Part shown: piece after piece, positions 61,852 to 64,000 of the stretch
Layout of the letters: the number at the start of each line of letters is the position of its first letter
How positions within the stretch are numbered: position 1 is the stretch's first letter
DNA from: an uncultured Heliobacteriaceae bacterium
Lineage (GTDB): Bacteria > Acidobacteriota > Blastocatellia > RBC074
Length of the DNA stretch: 64,000 nt
NCBI GenBank assembly: GCA_964563495.1
Contig: CAZLYK010000003.1
Location: 4,554-68,553, forward strand
Direction of reading: 5' to 3'
Made by a program: the position numbers and the translations under genes
The notes under the pieces: generated by a model
The model's input: the letters and a program-made list of their open reading frames with translations, nothing else
The model's database searches: none
What the model was told of the DNA's origin: nothing

Positions 61852-64000
61852 ATGATCAAAGAAAAATTGCCTGCGATCGGGCGGACGCTTTCGCTGGTTT
61901 TGCTGATTGGCACAATCGCCGTGATCGTGACGGCTTTCATCCGCGCGAGGAGGCAGCCGCGGCCACCGAGCCCCGTCCGGTCCGAGTCGGTACTCAAAGC
62001 CAATGTCACATCGGTAATCGAGGGATACAAATACGTCAAAACCGATACCGGCAGTGGGCGGGAAACACTGCGTCTGCTGGCGGCCAAAGACATTACTTAC
62101 GAGGACGGCCGGCACGAATTGGAGAAAGTCGATCTGACCGCCTTCGGGGAGCCACAAAAAGACAAGACGGCTAAGAGTATGCGGATCACCGCGGATCGCG
62201 GCCTCTATTTGCGCGACCCCGGAATCGTCACCTTTACCGGCAATGTCATAGTGACCAGCAGCGACGGTCTGGAAGTGACGACCCAGTTGCTCAAATACGA
62301 GCAGCAGACCGAGCTGGCGAGCACGGATCTGGATGTCCAATTCAGGCAGCACGATCTGAGCGGCTCGTCGATCGGCGCTCAACTCTACGCCAAGACTCAT
62401 CATTTGGCGCTCCTCAAGGATGCGCGACTGGTCAGCAGCAATCCGGATCCCGGCAAGGAGGGCGGCCTGCCGGTCGAAATCCGAGGCGATCGTGCGTCGT
62501 ATGCCGAGTTGGATGGTGTGGCGCGGTTTGAGGGCAACGCCGGTATCGTGCAGGGCGAAAAATCGGCGCGCGCCGACATCATCACCGGTGTCATCGATCT
62601 GGGGAGCAAGCAACTCAACCGCATCGAGATGCGAGGCAATTCGAGCCTCAAGTCGTTGGAGAAGGGGAGGGCGTCTGAATTCCAGTCACGTGACCTGGAC
62701 TTCTTTTTCGATCAGGCACAGCATCTGAAGTCGGCGGTCGGGAATGGCGCCGCGCGGGCGGCCTCGCTCGAAAAAGACGCGCCTCGGGAAGTGACCGCGG
62801 ATAAGATCGAGGCGATTTATCAACCGTCTGAAAATGGCAGTCGCTTGCGTTCGGTTGTGACCCAGGGGCGGACGGTCATGAAGATAGAGGTCGCCGAAGG
62901 GGCGCCGAGCGCGAGGCAGGTATCGGAGCGGGTGATCGAGGCCGACTCCGTCCAGTCGGCCTTCCGCGAGGACGGCAAGTCTCTGTCACGGACCGAAGCC
63001 TCAGGCAACGCCGTCATGACCGTGACCCCAAAACAGCTCACCCCGGCGGCTGAAAAGAAGAGGTTGAGCGCGGCCAAATTCATTGCGGATTTCTTCGAGA
63101 GCGGCAACAACATCAAGACCTTTATCGCCGACGGGAATGCGCTCGCCGAATTCGAGCCGGTGCAGAAAGAGAGTAAGCGGCCGAAAAAGACCATGAGCGG
63201 CAGGAAGATGACCGCAAATTTCAGTGAGCAGGTCCAGGATCTCAGCGATTTGACCGTCGAGGGCGGGGCCAAGTTCAGCGAGGGAGATCGCCAGGCGACG
63301 GCGGCACGGGCGATCTACACCGCGGTCAATCAAACTGTTGCCATGCGCGGCAAGCCCCAACTGTGGGACTCCTCGGCGCGCACGGATGCCGACGAGATCG
63401 ACGCCAACCTTGACACCGGCGAGAGTTTTTTGCGCGGCCGGGTGCGGACGACTTATTACAGCCGTGAGACGACCGGCGGCTCGGCTCCGTTTAAGGACCG
63501 TCAAGCGCCGGTGACCGTCGCCTCGAATAGCGCCGTGGTCAAGCATCGCGAGGCCGCAGCGCGATACTCCGGCAATGTCAGAGCCTGGCAGGAAGACGAT
63601 TTTGTCCGCGCCGACAATCTGGAACTGGACAAAGGCGAACGTGTCATGACGGCCTGGGGCAACGCCCAGTCGGCGTTCTACGATTTTGAGCGCGAGATCG
63701 AAAAGGGCAGGAAAGAGGAAGTACCGGTCTTCGCCACCGCCGAACGGATCGTCTACTCCGATGCGACGCGGACGACACACTACGAAGGCTCAGTCAGGAT
63801 CCGCCAGGGGGGCGATCGGATTGAGTCTGCGGTGGCCGACGTGGTCATGGACGAAGCGCACCGGTTGGTTCAGATGACGGCGGCGAACAAGGTCGTGTTG
63901 ACCCAGCCGTCAAGAATCGCTACCGGTGACCAGGTCGTCTATACCGCCGCCAACGACGCCGCGGTGCTCACCGGCAATCCGGCGATCGTCGACGACCGCG
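61852..64000 (+). CDS. Giant LptC/LptA (OstA-like) repeat protein, partial; it runs off the window end
   Basis: Absent from the ORF track because there is no stop before the window end. The plus-strand ORF from the ATG at 61852 is at least 716 aa with one N-terminal TM and repeated A..Y...A.F.GNV...QG...AD.I OstA-like units. The minus-strand ORFs at 61816..62613, 62820..63272 and 63001..63780 are its shadows. Confidence 0.55.
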   Translation, partial: MIKEKLPAIGRTLSLVLLIGTIAVIVTAFIRARRQPRPPSPVRSESVLKANVTSVIEGYKYVKTDTGSGRETLRLLAAKDITYEDGRHELEKVDLTAFGEPQKDKTAKSMRITADRGLYLRDPGIVTFTGNVIVTSSDGLEVTTQLLKYEQQTELASTDLDVQFRQHDLSGSSIGAQLYAKTHHLALLKDARLVSSNPDPGKEGGLPVEIRGDRASYAELDGVARFEGNAGIVQGEKSARADIITGVIDLGSKQLNRIEMRGNSSLKSLEKGRASEFQSRDLDFFFDQAQHLKSAVGNGAARAASLEKDAPREVTADKIEAIYQPSENGSRLRSVVTQGRTVMKIEVAEGAPSARQVSERVIEADSVQSAFREDGKSLSRTEASGNAVMTVTPKQLTPAAEKKRLSAAKFIADFFESGNNIKTFIADGNALAEFEPVQKESKRPKKTMSGRKMTANFSEQVQDLSDLTVEGGAKFSEGDRQATAARAIYTAVNQTVAMRGKPQLWDSSARTDADEIDANLDTGESFLRGRVRTTYYSRETTGGSAPFKDRQAPVTVASNSAVVKHREAAARYSGNVRAWQEDDFVRADNLELDKGERVMTAWGNAQSAFYDFEREIEKGRKEEVPVFATAERIVYSDATRTTHYEGSVRIRQGGDRIESAVADVVMDEAHRLVQMTAANKVVLTQPSRIATGDQVVYTAANDAAVLTGNPAIVDDR

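Noticed and set aside
61816-63780. Three minus-strand ORFs (265, 150 and 259 aa) at the window end
   Set aside because: All lie antisense to one long plus-strand ORF with recognisable OstA/LptA-like repeats. They have Arg/Ala-rich low-complexity translations typical of high-GC shadow frames.

Overview
This is a high-GC (about 60%) bacterial chromosomal segment, densely coding, with no rRNA, tRNA or CRISPR array that I could recognise. It has four themes. (1) Coordinates 1 to 12071 are a single minus-strand respiratory supercluster. Reading 5' to 3' on the minus strand it holds a pentahaem and an MtrA-like decahaem cytochrome c, an MtrB/PioB-like outer-membrane beta-barrel, a monohaem cytochrome c, a membrane-anchored heptahaem cytochrome, a Rieske protein, a cytochrome b, a nonahaem cytochrome, a DUF2339-like membrane protein, a second monohaem cytochrome c paralog, and a further multihaem cytochrome that runs off the window start. 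(2) A membrane-bound uptake [NiFe]-hydrogenase (hyaABCD) is followed by hypA, hypB and hypF. Three non-hyp genes (a cysteine-synthase-family PLP enzyme, a succinylglutamate-desuccinylase/aspartoacylase-family Zn hydrolase, and formate-THF ligase) then sit between hypF and hypCDE. The small subunit carries both supernumerary cysteines of O2-tolerant group 1d enzymes. (3) A stress/efflux block contains an ArsR regulator, DUF302, DUF2892, a TolC-like/MFP/RND tripartite pump with a YHS metal-binding protein, and a persulfide-dioxygenase-rhodanese fusion. (4) Housekeeping genes include tatA/tatC, aroB, speA plus a deoxyhypusine-synthase-like gene, a GMC oxidoreductase, an MFS transporter, and a partial giant LptC/LptA-like protein at the window end. 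The most unusual signal is a family of at least 14 palindromic intergenic elements of 48 to 134 bp. They have terminal inverted repeats AATAGACAGGAT / ATCCTGTCTATT, internal ACAGGATT sub-repeats phased 9 to 12 bp apart, and in some copies a long core hairpin that shows compensatory base changes between copies. They sit exactly at gene ends, and in at least five cases they supply the stop codon and last residues of the upstream gene. I could not match them to any element family I know.
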